Shown one piece after another: positions 36,303 to 47,767 of a stretch of 64,000 bases of DNA. The stretch covers positions 1,860,001 to 1,924,000 of the forward strand of contig CDLV01000004.1 in the NCBI GenBank assembly GCA_001244265.2. Reading direction: 5' to 3'. The notes under the pieces were generated by a model. The model did no database searches. It worked only from the letters and a program-made list of their open reading frames with translations, and was not told where the DNA came from. The position numbers and the translations under genes were made by a program. This DNA is from Microbotryum violaceum (lineage: Eukaryota). Position 1 is the stretch's first letter; the number at the start of each line of letters is the position of its first letter.

Positions 36303-37264
36303 CCCTGCTTAAGAGCGCAATAGGGGAGCCCGATTTCAGCGCCGATCGGTTTGAACTGGTGCAAACCCTGAGAAATGGGGGCATCAGTCCTAATCCCAGC
36401 GAGGCAATGGCCCGTATACAATATGGGTGTATGACATATGTCATGTTATGGTGGTCCAGCGGATCTAGCGTTTGTTAGATTCTGTCTTTGAATAAGACTA
36501 GCTGGAATTTATTTATGGCTTTAAACTTTAAATAATGCTCCGCCGGATAGGAGGACCCCGGCTAAGCGCGCCGATCATTATGTAGTACTGCCTTGTTCTA
36601 ACTTGGACCGAGTTTCCTCGCATCTCTCAGAGAAGCTATCACACAACCGCCGTCATATCACTGCTTTCTTGCACACCTCCGCACCATCGAGGTCAGCCCA
36701 CTGCAGTGCACAACGCTCGAATTTCGGCAACGTGTCAAGCCTCGCGTCCACCACTAGCGACAGCCGATCCTCCCGCCGCACCGATAAAGCGCAGTATATC
36801 TACTCCGGTCCGCTCTTACGCAACAGTCCAGTGTCAGCACTCGATGATGTGGTTGTCAAATGCAGTCTTGGGCAGCTCGTGTGCAGCAGCATGAACTTCA
36901 GCATGGGAGTCTCCTGAAGGAGCTTTTTCGGGCCCACCACGTGGAAGGATACTCCAGGAGGAACCCGCTTGCGAAAGAGTTATCCTTACAAGCGCTCCTT
37001 TGGTCGTGCGATCCCAACTGTAATGCTTGTTCAAATGGGTATGTTTTCAGAAGGCAACAAGCGGCGAGTCCCGTGACTCGGCCACGTCGTCATTGCTTCT
37101 CCGACCACAGAGCATACGCATCAAAACCTGTTGACGTGCTTCGAGCCTGACTGAACAAGGAAGTCCAGAAGAATCGCGAGAACATCTCAGCGACTGACTC
37201 TAAACAAACGCTGCAGAGACGTCCACCGCTGCATCCCGAACCCGCACAAGAAGATCCCGGTAAA

Positions 37265-38983
37265 GTGACATCGCATTTTGCGCCAGCATCCGGTCAGTTC
37301 AAGACCGAGAACCGTTCTGAATGGAATGATTACTTCACCGACGCTCGTTCCCGTCTCTTCTGCTGCCTGGTGTGTTCCGAGAGAGTCTTCGGGCATAACG
37401 TACGATCGGTGCCTAAAGATGACATCAAACGTGAGGAATCAGGGATGTGGAGATTAACCAACTCTACACTACTGACGGACCTTCGACTTACGATTTTTCA
37501 GCTTGACGGGGCGCGCTCATCCATCCCCGACGTCTCCATCGACCGAGCGATGTAATCGATCAGATCGCGTACTCTCACCCACGAACAACACGCTTCAGTG
37601 CTCACTCTGTCCAGACTGCTTCAAACGGCTGTTCCCTACCACAGGGCCACCGACTAAGCCCCTCGGTCGTTGAGCAACGGATTTTATCCCGCACTGGATC
37701 ACGTCTCCGCTGATGTCCGAGATTGCTTCTCCAACGCGAGTCAGCTTGAGCACCTCGTCACTGCTAGAGCCTACAAGATCGTGTACAAGCTAACTCGTTT
37801 CGGATATCCCGAAAGCTCAACAAGAACTTACGCGCGGAAACACCCTCATCTTCAGCCAGAACACCGCTTCGTTCACCGATGTACTGCCCATGTCAGTCGA
37901 GGAACTCGCTGACAGTGTTTACGTTTTATTCTGCGAAGGGAGCCCCAACCTTGCGGAGCTGGACAGGTGTCGACCCATGATCGTGAAGCAGAGTCGGATC
38001 CAAAAGATGCTCAGGTGGTTGATTAACGAAAGCAAGAATTCGGCGCACTCTGCCGCCTCCTTTGATTGCACAGCTCGTTCGACGCAGTTCCGGCACGGGT
38101 GCGCTCAACCCGACCTCTCCAGCTTCTACGGCGGTTTCAGCTTCCACTTCGACTTCGGCTTCCGTCTGGGTTGCTCCCCAAGTATCGGATCGACAAATCG
38201 CGGATGGAGATGGCCTTGTGCCGGACGTAGTTTTGGCGAATATGGTGACCGCAGAGACAGTGGAACCAACATCATCGCTCTTTGAAGGCTACGCAACAAC
38301 GCACTGCATAACGACTCTGATGAACCAGTATTCGAACACGTCCACGTGCCGCCACCCCCTACCGACGAACCAATTTATTCGTGGCAGTTCTTTGAGAACG
38401 CTCTCCGTTACCTCAACCAAGACAAGCCCACCTATGTCATTCCGACCGGCGACGCCGCTTTGTGGGAACCCTCGGACGAGCTCGTGCTCTCAAAGCTGTG
38501 GCCACACCTCGATCCATTTGGTCTCGTCGGTTTCTGTGTCGAGCGCAACCTCAAGATTTCTCTGGACGAGCAAGTCAACCATTTGCTCAATCTATACGAC
38601 AGCGATTTTGATGCGACCCGTCTTACCCATTCATCGTCTCGAACATGCTCCGCCGACAAGAAGTGTTTCGCCAACTCGCTTTTCGGGTCCCCAAAGAGAA
38701 AGTGGCTCGAATCGCAGCAGCACTGCTCGAAATCGACATGGATGTTGTGTCCGAAATGATCAAAAAATCCAAGGACACGAACAGGTACAAGGCAGCAACA
38801 GAAGCGGAGAAGCATATCAACCGTATTCTGGCGGAATTGCAAAGTGTCGGAGACAAAATTCACGGCACAACTGCGCAGATGCTCGGCATGAGGAATGAGA
38901 TCCGCGGATACGTCAACGCGTTCGGTATGTACACCCTCTTCCTCACCGTCAACCCGGCAGATTTACACTCACCGTTGCGATGA
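37265..38983 (+). pseudogene. Helitron-like (Helitron2/Helentron-type) Rep N-terminal region, degenerate and truncated
   Basis: CLVCSE, KMLRWL, KLWPHLDPFG...HLLNLYD, and GTTAQMLGMRNEIRGYVNAFGMYTLFLTVNPADLHSPL (Helitron_like_N pattern). Confidence 0.8.
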
Positions 38984-39653
38984 CGAGGTATCTCACAGCC
39001 TTGGGCGCATCAAGGACAAGTTTCTCAACCAAGCAGATACCGTTTAGGCCAACGACAAAAAGTCATCTAATCGTGGGTTGTAACGCTCTTCCCACTGTGA
39101 AAGATCTGTGGGGGAATACTGACACTCCATGCCATTTGATTCCCATGTCTCTCAGCGGTGGACACATTCACCACGCCCACTGCAGTAGCCAGGCCGTCTC
39201 GCGCCCAAGTCGCTCCCGGAAGTCCCGATCTCTCAACGTCAACTGAGACCACTTCTTATAGCTGACTTCGGTGAACACGCGATGTGGATCCCCGGCGCTG
39301 ACGACCACATGCGAACACAAACTCGTCCAGACGCGGACTGTGACATGATGGGCGATGTCGAGTGATCTTAACTTATGCATTTACACCATGCATTTACACC
39401 CCGGCTCTGGCTCGTTCTCGTTGTCTGCAATGTTCATTAATGTTTCGCCCATTTACACGCCTCATCCATGTGAACCGAACTGACTCGGGAACTCGGTGCT
39501 GCATACCCGATCCATGCAGTGGCACGTTCTTAGTAAAACTAGCTGACGCTGCCAGTCGGTGTTACTCCGTCAGAGGTTCAGGGACCCGTCGCCCCCTCCG
39601 GGGGCGCGTTAATCCTACTATCCTACTATCCTACTATCCTTAGACTATTCTTA

Positions 39654-39839
39654 ATCCCCGAAGCTCATTAGAGCTGAAGGTTTCATTTCGAAAAATGGGG
39701 GGGTCCCAGCCTCGAAAATGGTGCACTTCTGAGGACAAAATGGCCGAAATGCCCCGCACGCGCGTGGCTGTTTAAGTCCCATAGGAGAGCCCGATTTCAG
39801 CGCCGATTGGTGCGAACAAGGCTCCCCCGGATAGGAGGA
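39654..39839. repeat. ~190-bp direct repeat, copy 2
   Basis: See 36106-36302. Cut at 39840 by a TAAGCTC terminus. Confidence 0.85.
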
Positions 39840-39918
39840 TAAGCTCAACTAAGCCCTCCGGAGGGGCTTACGAGTTATCGGCGCGCTTGGCCCAGTTGCC
39901 CTTCGAAATTTCAGGGCC
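39840..39918. repeat. DNA-transposon terminus homologous (inverted) to 2765-2844
   Basis: Reverse complement AAATTTCGAAGGGCAACTGGGCCAAGCGCGCCGATAACTC...GAGCTTA versus AAATTTCGATGGGCAACTGGGCCAGGCGCGCCGATAACTC...GAGCTTA. Confidence 0.75.
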
Positions 39919-40229
39919 ATTTTGGGGTGGTTCTCTGTATCTTGGCAACTAGGCGCATTCCTGCAAAAGTGAGGGACACTATTTTTTTTTTGTGCTCTAA
40001 AAATGACATACCCCAAGTGGCGAGATCTTTCATAAGCTGTGGGTGGAGCTACAACGATCCGAAGTCTGCGATTTTTATTTTTTTTTGTACTAGGTTTGGC
40101 GGCGCGCTCCGCGCGCCACCTCACACTGAAAATCAGCAGTTCTGTTACATCATTGCAGATGGCTAAGCTGCTTTCATCTATGTTTTCGGGAGTTCTTGCA
40201 GGACTGGACAGAAGTTCCGAGCTTTGATC

Positions 40230-42270
40230 ATCGGCAGCTCCACCTTGCCGTGGTTGCAACTTGCCCTGAATACTGGAGGATCCCGTCCTCCCAAGCGTTC
40301 AAAGTCCCAGTGGAAGGCGCCACACTTCTGACACAGAAGATTCATTGCACCTAAGTCGTGTCAAGGGTAGGCTCCCGGCAGTGGACGCAATGCAATCGGT
40401 GACTGTGCGGCGGGTGGATGTCGCCGTGCGCGAACTGAACGCGCTCCCGGAGGTTCCGGACTTGTAGGTCGTCGCTGCGGGATAGAGTTGACATCGGGCG
40501 TTGGCTGCGGTGGAGGCGATTGTCCAGCGCAATCATTTTTCCCTGATCTCCTGGAGGTGGACTGATTCGTCGTGATTTGGCAAAGGCAGGGTCGGGCGGA
40601 AAACTGTGCGGGACCGGAACGGAACGCTCTCGCTCATGCCTTTCCCGTTGACGACGTCTTTGCTGATCTTGAGACCTTCGGGAGATCGCAGCGTTCATAG
40701 GCGGTGGATCCATGGGATGACGACATCCACCGGGACAGAGTGGACGTCGGGCGTTGGCTGGGGTGAAGGTGATTGATTGATAGACTCATTTTGCTGCCTT
40801 TTCCTGAGTCTCCGCAATTGTTGTGCTCTAGATTTTCTGGAAGCAGAATGATTCGTCGATGTTGATGTGGTAGAGGCAGGGTTCGGCGAAGAACTGTGTG
40901 GGACCGGACCGGAACGCTCTCGCTCAGGCCTTTCCCATTGGCAATGTTGTTGCTGGCCTTCAGACCTCCGAGACGTCGTGCAGCTATCAGTATTCTTGCT
41001 GTTGTCCATCTGTAGCAATGGCAGTGAAGACTCGCATTTAGTGTTCCCATGACCCGGATTCTGCACCGTACAAACTCAAGCCGCACCTCAACTTGCCCCC
41101 AGAAGTCAGCATTCCATGAAGCAAGCGACTTGGAAATAACGGGAAGGCATTGCTTCGGATCCCCTGTGATGGTACAGTCCTACCGGTCAGTTAGTCATGC
41201 TGCCCTGCGCTTTGCTTTTAAAAAATTGGCACATACCTGCCAACACACCGGTCACTCCACCGAACCGAGCCGTTGAGGATCTGCCACGAGATGCAGCCCC
41301 TCAACTTTCCCCTAGAAGCCAGCATTCCATGATGCAAGCGTCGACGATTTGTGCAGGCCAGGACTTTGGAATACGGGGAGGCATCTTGAGAAAACTTGTC
41401 CCCTGTGATGTTACAGTCCAACCGGTCAGTTAGTCATGCTGCCCTGCGCTGTGCTGTTGAGAATTTGGCACACACCTGCCAACACGACGGTCAGTCCACC
41501 AAGCCGAGCCACTGACGATCGCACATTTTGCAACATCCTGTCGACCAGCTGGAAACATCGACGGTGCTGCATCGGTGCCTCGTCCCAGAGCTCGGCGAGC
41601 TGTCCTTGTTTCGGAACATTGCGCGTAGAGTCGTCGAAGATGCCGATCGGGATCTTGAACCGTGAATGTGCCGTTCTGCCTTTTGGCAGTAGCAGTGCCG
41701 CAATACCCGACGATGCAACGGCAGGAGCGTATGTTCCCTCTGACCGAATCCGAGCAAGGACCGTTTCTTCCAAGAACGTTTTGCCTGTCCCTCCCGGAGC
41801 ATCAACGAAATCGACGATTTGTGTTGACTTGGGAATAATGGGAAGGCATTGCTTCGGATCCCCTGTGATGTTACAGTCGAACCGGTCAGTTAATCATGCT
41901 GCCCTGCGCCTTGCTTTTGAAAGATTGGCACATACCTGCCAACACGACGGTCAGTCCACCGAACCGAGCCGTGGAATAACGGGAAGGCACTGCTTCGGAT
42001 TTCCTGTGATGTTACAGTCCAACCGGTCATTAGTCATGCTGCCCTGCGTTTTGCTATCGAAAGATTGGCACACACCTGCCAACGCGATGGTCACCCCACC
42101 GAACCAAGACGTTGAGGATCTGCCACGGGATGGTGAGCCGCAATTCACACGACCAGAGCTCGTTTTCTTGAGTGATTCGTTACAACTATTAGTATTCTTG
42201 CTGTTGTTCATCTGTAGCTATGGCAGTGAAGACTCACATTTTGTGTCCTAACTAACGACCCGGATTCTCA
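40230..42270 (-). mobile_element. Scrambled Helitron RepHel relic (N-terminal zinc finger and PIF1 helicase pieces)
   Basis: CQKCGAFHWDFER...CNHGKVELP at ~40230-40333. FVDAPGGTGKTFL, AVASSGIAALLLPKGRTAHSRFKIP, WDEAPM, GGLTVVLAG, GDPKQCLPVIP at 41130-42120. Confidence 0.88.
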
Positions 42271-43087
42271 ACCGAACGAAGTCAATCCTTCCGCTGTGTC
42301 ACTGACGTCCAATGTCTGCTTTTCGTATCAGTTTGTCCGTCATATCTAAAACTGCACAGCCATGTCAAGGGATAACTCACGCATGCAATGTCACCAGCCG
42401 ATGGTGAAGAAAAACGACTCCAGGTTGACATTCAAAGAAGATGTGTTGAAGGGAACTGCTGCTTGGTAGTTTTCCATTAGCTTCTGAACAATCTCACACC
42501 AAGTGCACAGTTCATGAAGTCACTTACTCGAATGCGTAGCTATGTTGCATGCGGCAGCCATTTCTTGATCCCGTATTCATTGCAGAACTTCCACGACGAC
42601 CGCTTCGGATGTCGCGAGCTCGAGGTGGCGATGGGATGAGGTGCGATGGGTAAGGTGTGAAGAGCAGGAGGGAGAAAGATGGAGAAGCCTGCACCTCAGT
42701 TTAAACCGGACTCATAGAACGTCGCGGAAGGCCGCGGAACGTCGTGGAGTGAAGCCCGAAGCAGAGGGTCATGTGCCAGGCTGCTTTGATGGGAAATGGA
42801 ACCTCGGCGAACGTGGACGAAACGGTCTGTCGTCACAAAAGGAGCTGATCGTGAGAGAACAGAAAGACTAGTTCTTAGTAACAGACTCGCCGTTGACTCC
42901 GAAACCTACTGCCAACACAGCGCGGCGGGTTATCCACACGCTCAGGCTTTTTATTGTCCTCGCGCGCGAGTTGTGGATCGATTTCTGCCGCCTAATTCGG
43001 CCGCGCGTTTCGGCCTCCCTGTCTCGAGGCGCGTCTGTCGGGTTCGTCGCCACAGCACGTGACCAACGAGCACGCGGTCCAAGCGCA

Positions 43088-44300
43088 ATGTATCTTGTTT
43101 ACTGCGCTCGCGCTCGTAGACGTTGCCCGCGCGCATGAATAAATAGGGCTGTTCAACCCGATTCTCTCTTTCCTTCCTTCCATGCACTTGCAAGTCCTAA
43201 ACGATCTTCACCACTCCAACACCATGACGTCAAACCCTCTCTTCGACTCATCAATGTCGTGCAAGGCCACGCGCCCTCGTTGCGCCGCCTGACGCCGAAT
43301 CGATACAAACAACATCGGTTCCCGCCGCCGAAATCCCCGACTCGCTGGCGAGACAACGTGCGACCATCAATTGGCAACGCCACAAGATCTCAAGTCCTTC
43401 CAATCAACCGTCAAGTAGGTTTCCATCGCGTTCGCATTCATGACAGTCAAACAGCGCGAACAGCACGTTGCTCTCGATGCGCATGCTGACTGTTTTGTTG
43501 ACTGTCCTTCTACCGCTGCTCCTCTCCACACAGATCCGGCACTCGTCTCAAAGACCAAAGACGCAGAGTGATGTTGGAAAAATGCATCTGCAAGTGGGCC
43601 GGAAGCCCAAGGGCTGTAGCAGAATCACTGGTCTCGTGCCTGGGTGAAGGTAAGCGACGATCCCTACAGTCCGGCACGCTGGCCTTGAGATAGTTCCCTT
43701 GGCTCATACCCTTCTGTCTGATGATTCACAGGTCACGTATCACGCGATCACCACCAAAAATTACATCGAGTCGTGGCATAAGATCTTGAAGTATTGTTAC
43801 ATTGGCCGCGGGCAGCGACAGCGGACGGATCAGCTCATCCACACCCTCACAATGGCGCCGAGCCAGCATACCGCCAAGAGATTAGTCTCATCGTCACCGA
43901 TTGAGTAAGCCCGAGACTCAGGGCCAGAACACCGCGCAATCAATTGAGTGGGGTCAAGCGAATGATATGGTCACGGAGATGGACGACGACGGTGATGTGA
44001 GTTGAGCTTAGGATTTTCTCGCGTCTCGGGGTCGAGACTTTGGCTGACTCGACCTCGACGACTTTTCTTCTTCTTTTCTTTTTGCAATCTTTAGATCTAC
44101 GTCACGTCTTTCGGAGAGGACGAGCAGGAGGACGAAGACTCGACCTTCATCGAGACAAACTACACCGTTGGACTCAATCCCATCAACTCGAGCGTGATCT
44201 CGACTTGCGATTGTCCGGATTTCGTTCGCCACATGTTTCCGTGCAAGCACATGTGGCTTGCCGCGCGTGGATCTTTGTCTACATGGAGGGCTAAGCAGAG
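43088..44300 (+). pseudogene. MULE-type transposase relic with SWIM finger
   Basis: TTKNYIESWHKILKYCYIGRGQRQRTDQLIHTL (~43750-43850) and SWIM CDCPDFVRHMFPCKHMW (44206-44256). Boundaries approximate. Confidence 0.72.
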
Positions 44301-46518
44301 GAAGTATGAGGAGTATGGGGAGACGGGGGCGAGCAGGGGATTTGAGGATGAATTTGTAATGTAGTACATTTGGGTATCCTAGCCCACCCCCTATTCCGAA
44401 TCGAACCGGCCCAATAGGGCGGTCAAAAGCAGAGCAATTTGGCCAAAAACAATTTCGCTTGGCCGAATTGAAAGTTCTGGTGTGCATATAACGGCTCGCC
44501 AAGACAGCTCGCCGCCGTCGCGTGGAATTTCTCCTCCTAGCTGCCAGACTTGCACCTTCACAAGACTTCAACGAGGTCACCCGTCCAGTTTTATATTGAG
44601 TCACTGCTAGTGGATTGTGATAAGAACACCAATTCCGAACCCAATCTTGCCTAGCGATGCGGCTTGCACGCAGAGCGCCGGATGGTGTCTGCGCCGGGAT
44701 TTAAAATGCGGATTTCGCTGCTCCACCCGGGGAGGCTTTGTTGCCTTAATTCGCGTTGTTCAACGGCGTACTGATTACCGGCCATATCTTGTCCTGTGAG
44801 AGGACTGACTCGTAGCCTGTGCGTTCTTTGGTGCCGACTCATGCGGAGCCTTGCACGCGCTAGGTCCGAGTCGCCGCTGGTCTCCATCGATCTAAGTTCC
44901 CGCTCCGGAAAAGTCTGGCTTACAGTGTTACGATGCGCAACTACTTATAAAGGTACATAGGTCTCAAAATTATTGGGTGTCGATGCATGCGCTAGGGGTG
45001 TAGATGATCGCGAGCGGGTCAACGTTCTGGCAGAAGGGCCACTCGTTCATCTACTCGAAATAGTCAATGGCGGAGATCCGGGATCCACTTCCCGTGCACC
45101 AGTGCTCGACTCCCGGCCAGTCTAAGATGTACTTTGGCACTTGCCCGTTTCCAACACGTGTTTGTGTCCGTCCAGTAAGTACACTTCATGTCCTTACCTT
45201 ACACATTCGAGTGATCTCCACCTAGACCGCACGACAAGCCCTCTTCGTCGGCCTCGAAAGCAGCGGACTCTGTGCCCCGCTGAGTGCCCAATTTTGGTGG
45301 GGAGCGACATTCTGCAAGCGCATTCGCCAACAGGGACAGCATCACCGAAAATCAATGAACGCATTGCTTACACCTCATTGACGGATACGCTCGAGTGTGC
45401 TTACAAATTGCTGCTATCAAAGCTGCTTGCCTTGCACGGGATCTCAAGATAGGGGCTGAATGCGATCTAGCGATTGTGCCGGCGCTATGTCCGCGTGCTT
45501 ACGCGTATGTACGCTTCATCCAGGAGACGTTGTCTCGAGCACGGTGCAATATGAGCTATTTTTGTCCGAGGTGTTTCGAGCGGGTTGCTACTACTATGAA
45601 AAGCTAGACGAGCCCGCACACGGTTCCGCGGCAGAGGCCGACATGCCAAAACGCGCGCTCGCGCTCTGTGCATCTGACCACTTCGGCTTCCGACTTTTGG
45701 GTTATCACTTCCGATGGCGAGCCAGCTCCGCTCCTCATTGGCACCCATTTTTGTTAACTCGTTCATGCGTCAGTCGTAGTCAGTTGTGGGGTCTCGCGGT
45801 CATGCAACATATCCCGTTCATTGGTTGGCAATCTCGAGTCGATCAACGCGACCATGCGCGCAATGGCAAAGCCTTTTGCAGCTTTTGAAAATCAGCAGAC
45901 ACCTCAACATCACCATGAACCATCTAATACTCTCAAATCTAACCATGAACAATCTCAATGAGGATACTCTCATATTCGTCTCGGCACTTCTCGGAGGACC
46001 ATTTTCGATGTGGGGCACACTGGTGGGAAGTGGGACACCACTTACCTACTACGTCGGCACCTCCACACCGAAGTTGGCATCCGCGTCTCGCTTGGAGGAC
46101 CTGGCTACGTGCTAATTGAGCAGGATCAACTTCTGTGACACCTAGCGCTCTTTGCCGAAGTAAATTTAGCGCGTCCGAGCTCGGCAACGCCGGTGGTTTT
46201 TCTGTTTTTCGACCAAGCATGACCCGCAGGTTTCGGACGGCTAGCTCTTTTTGTCTTCCTCGGAGTCGATCTGGCAGAATCGCCAGACTTTACAAGACCA
46301 AGAGCCTGAGGGAGGAAGCAGACACTCTAACGGTTAGTAGTATACACTAATCAGTGTGCTTGACATCTCGTATGCAATGCACCTCTCATTTGCGCCAGCT
46401 TCCAACAAGGCTGGGCGCCCTCAATGGCTAAGGAAGGCGGCGCAAGCCCAAGCAGTTGAGCGCATACGGCGAAAGTCCACTGTCAGCGGGCAGTCGCGTT
46501 GGGACGGGGACACTACTA

Positions 46519-46898
46519 CACATGCGCGCGCGAACCTCATGGAGCCCATATGGAACAACGCCGTAAGACCAAAGTTACCTTGCACCGTGAATGGCTCCCT
46601 TCTGATTTCAATCAGCATCGATTGGAAGTGTTATTATTTTTGTCAGCCCCTTCACAACTAACTACACGCAAAGTTACCTTGCGCCTTAAATGGCTCCCAT
46701 CTGATTCCGCATCGCTTGAAATTGCTGGCTTTTTTGGCTGTGTAGTCCAGTTGTGAAGGGGCTGGCAAAAGAAATAACAATTTCAATCGATGCTGATTGA
46801 AATCAGAAGGGAGCCATTCACGGTGCAAGGTAACTTTGGTCTTTGCAGACATACAGCGTTGTTCCATATGGGCTCCATGAGTTTCGCGCGCGCATGTG
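46519..46898. mobile_element. MITE/foldback element with ~140-bp TIRs
   Basis: CACATGCGCGCGCGAA...TTCACAACT (46519-46659) is inverted at 46749-46898. No clear TSD. Confidence 0.8.
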
Positions 46899-47049
46899 GG
46901 TCGACAATCGGTAGCCAGGGGTTCGTTTCTGTCGAACCATCGGAGGAAATCGGGCCCGCTTCCACACTAGTAGTAGCGTAACCTTTCTAATGGGTGTGTG
47001 ATGTTGGAATCAACGATGATCCCGAAATGATCAACAAAAGAAGAAGAAC

Positions 47050-47121
47050 GGCTGGACCAGGAGTCGAACCTGGGTCGCTTCCATTCATTGGAAAAGCTTT
47101 GACCAACTAAGCTATCCGGCC
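47050..47121 (-). tRNA. tRNA-like gene/pseudo-tRNA with atypical anticodon loop (nominal TGA)
   Basis: GGCCGGA/TCCAGCC acceptor stem (1 mismatch), D arm GCTT-AGTTGGTCA-AAGC, T arm CCAGG-TTCGACT-CCTGG, T-run downstream. Anticodon loop AATGAAT is non-canonical. Confidence 0.65.
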
Positions 47122-47767
47122 CCTGATATCAGTGCAAGGTCTACTAACACCTTCAACATGTGACATGTGTCCGAGATGTCCGCTGAAGGCTTTGGCGAAT
47201 CCGAACCTCTAAAAGGGACGCGAGAACTTCGGGGAATCGCTGGCCCCAGTCCCGGGGCAAGAGGCATGCGCTGGGCCAATTTTTAGTTTTGGATCTTCTC
47301 TTTATGGCTTAAATGACGTCGGAGTGGTTTTGAGTCGTGTAGAGCGGATCAGCGCCTCTTTTGACTTAAGTAGTACCAAGCGCCAGTTCCCCACCTCAAA
47401 AGCGACGAGAGCTACCCGCGCACGGCCACATCGAACAGACGCTCACGCGCGCCTGGCACCCGTCCTCGTGACCTCGATCGAGCTCGGACTGCGGGTTGGC
47501 AACCCCGCAATCTATGGAGCGAAGCTCTTTGCCCGGATTCGCTTCAGGGTTCCAACATTCAGGCCTCATCCTGTCCCTACTAATTTACCTGTCCACCTAC
47601 AGCAGACTTCCTTTCTTCTTCTTCATCATCAATCACTCGCAACACCTCTCTAGTCGTTGCTCCTTAGTAATTTTCATTGTGACTGTTCGTACCGCTTGCG
47701 TGCCGAACTTTATTTCGCTGTGCTTCGTTCCGCCTCATCGAACCAGCCTATCAGCTATCGCCGAGCA

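Noticed and set aside
41130-42120. Interspersed ~80-bp repeats as a CRISPR-like array
   Set aside because: The units are a duplicated Helitron intron with helicase exon pieces, in a eukaryotic context with no cas genes.
46511-46978. CACTACTA...TAGTAGCG as a CACTA element
   Set aside because: Only 8 bp with a mismatch, and no 3-bp TSD (GGA versus TAA).
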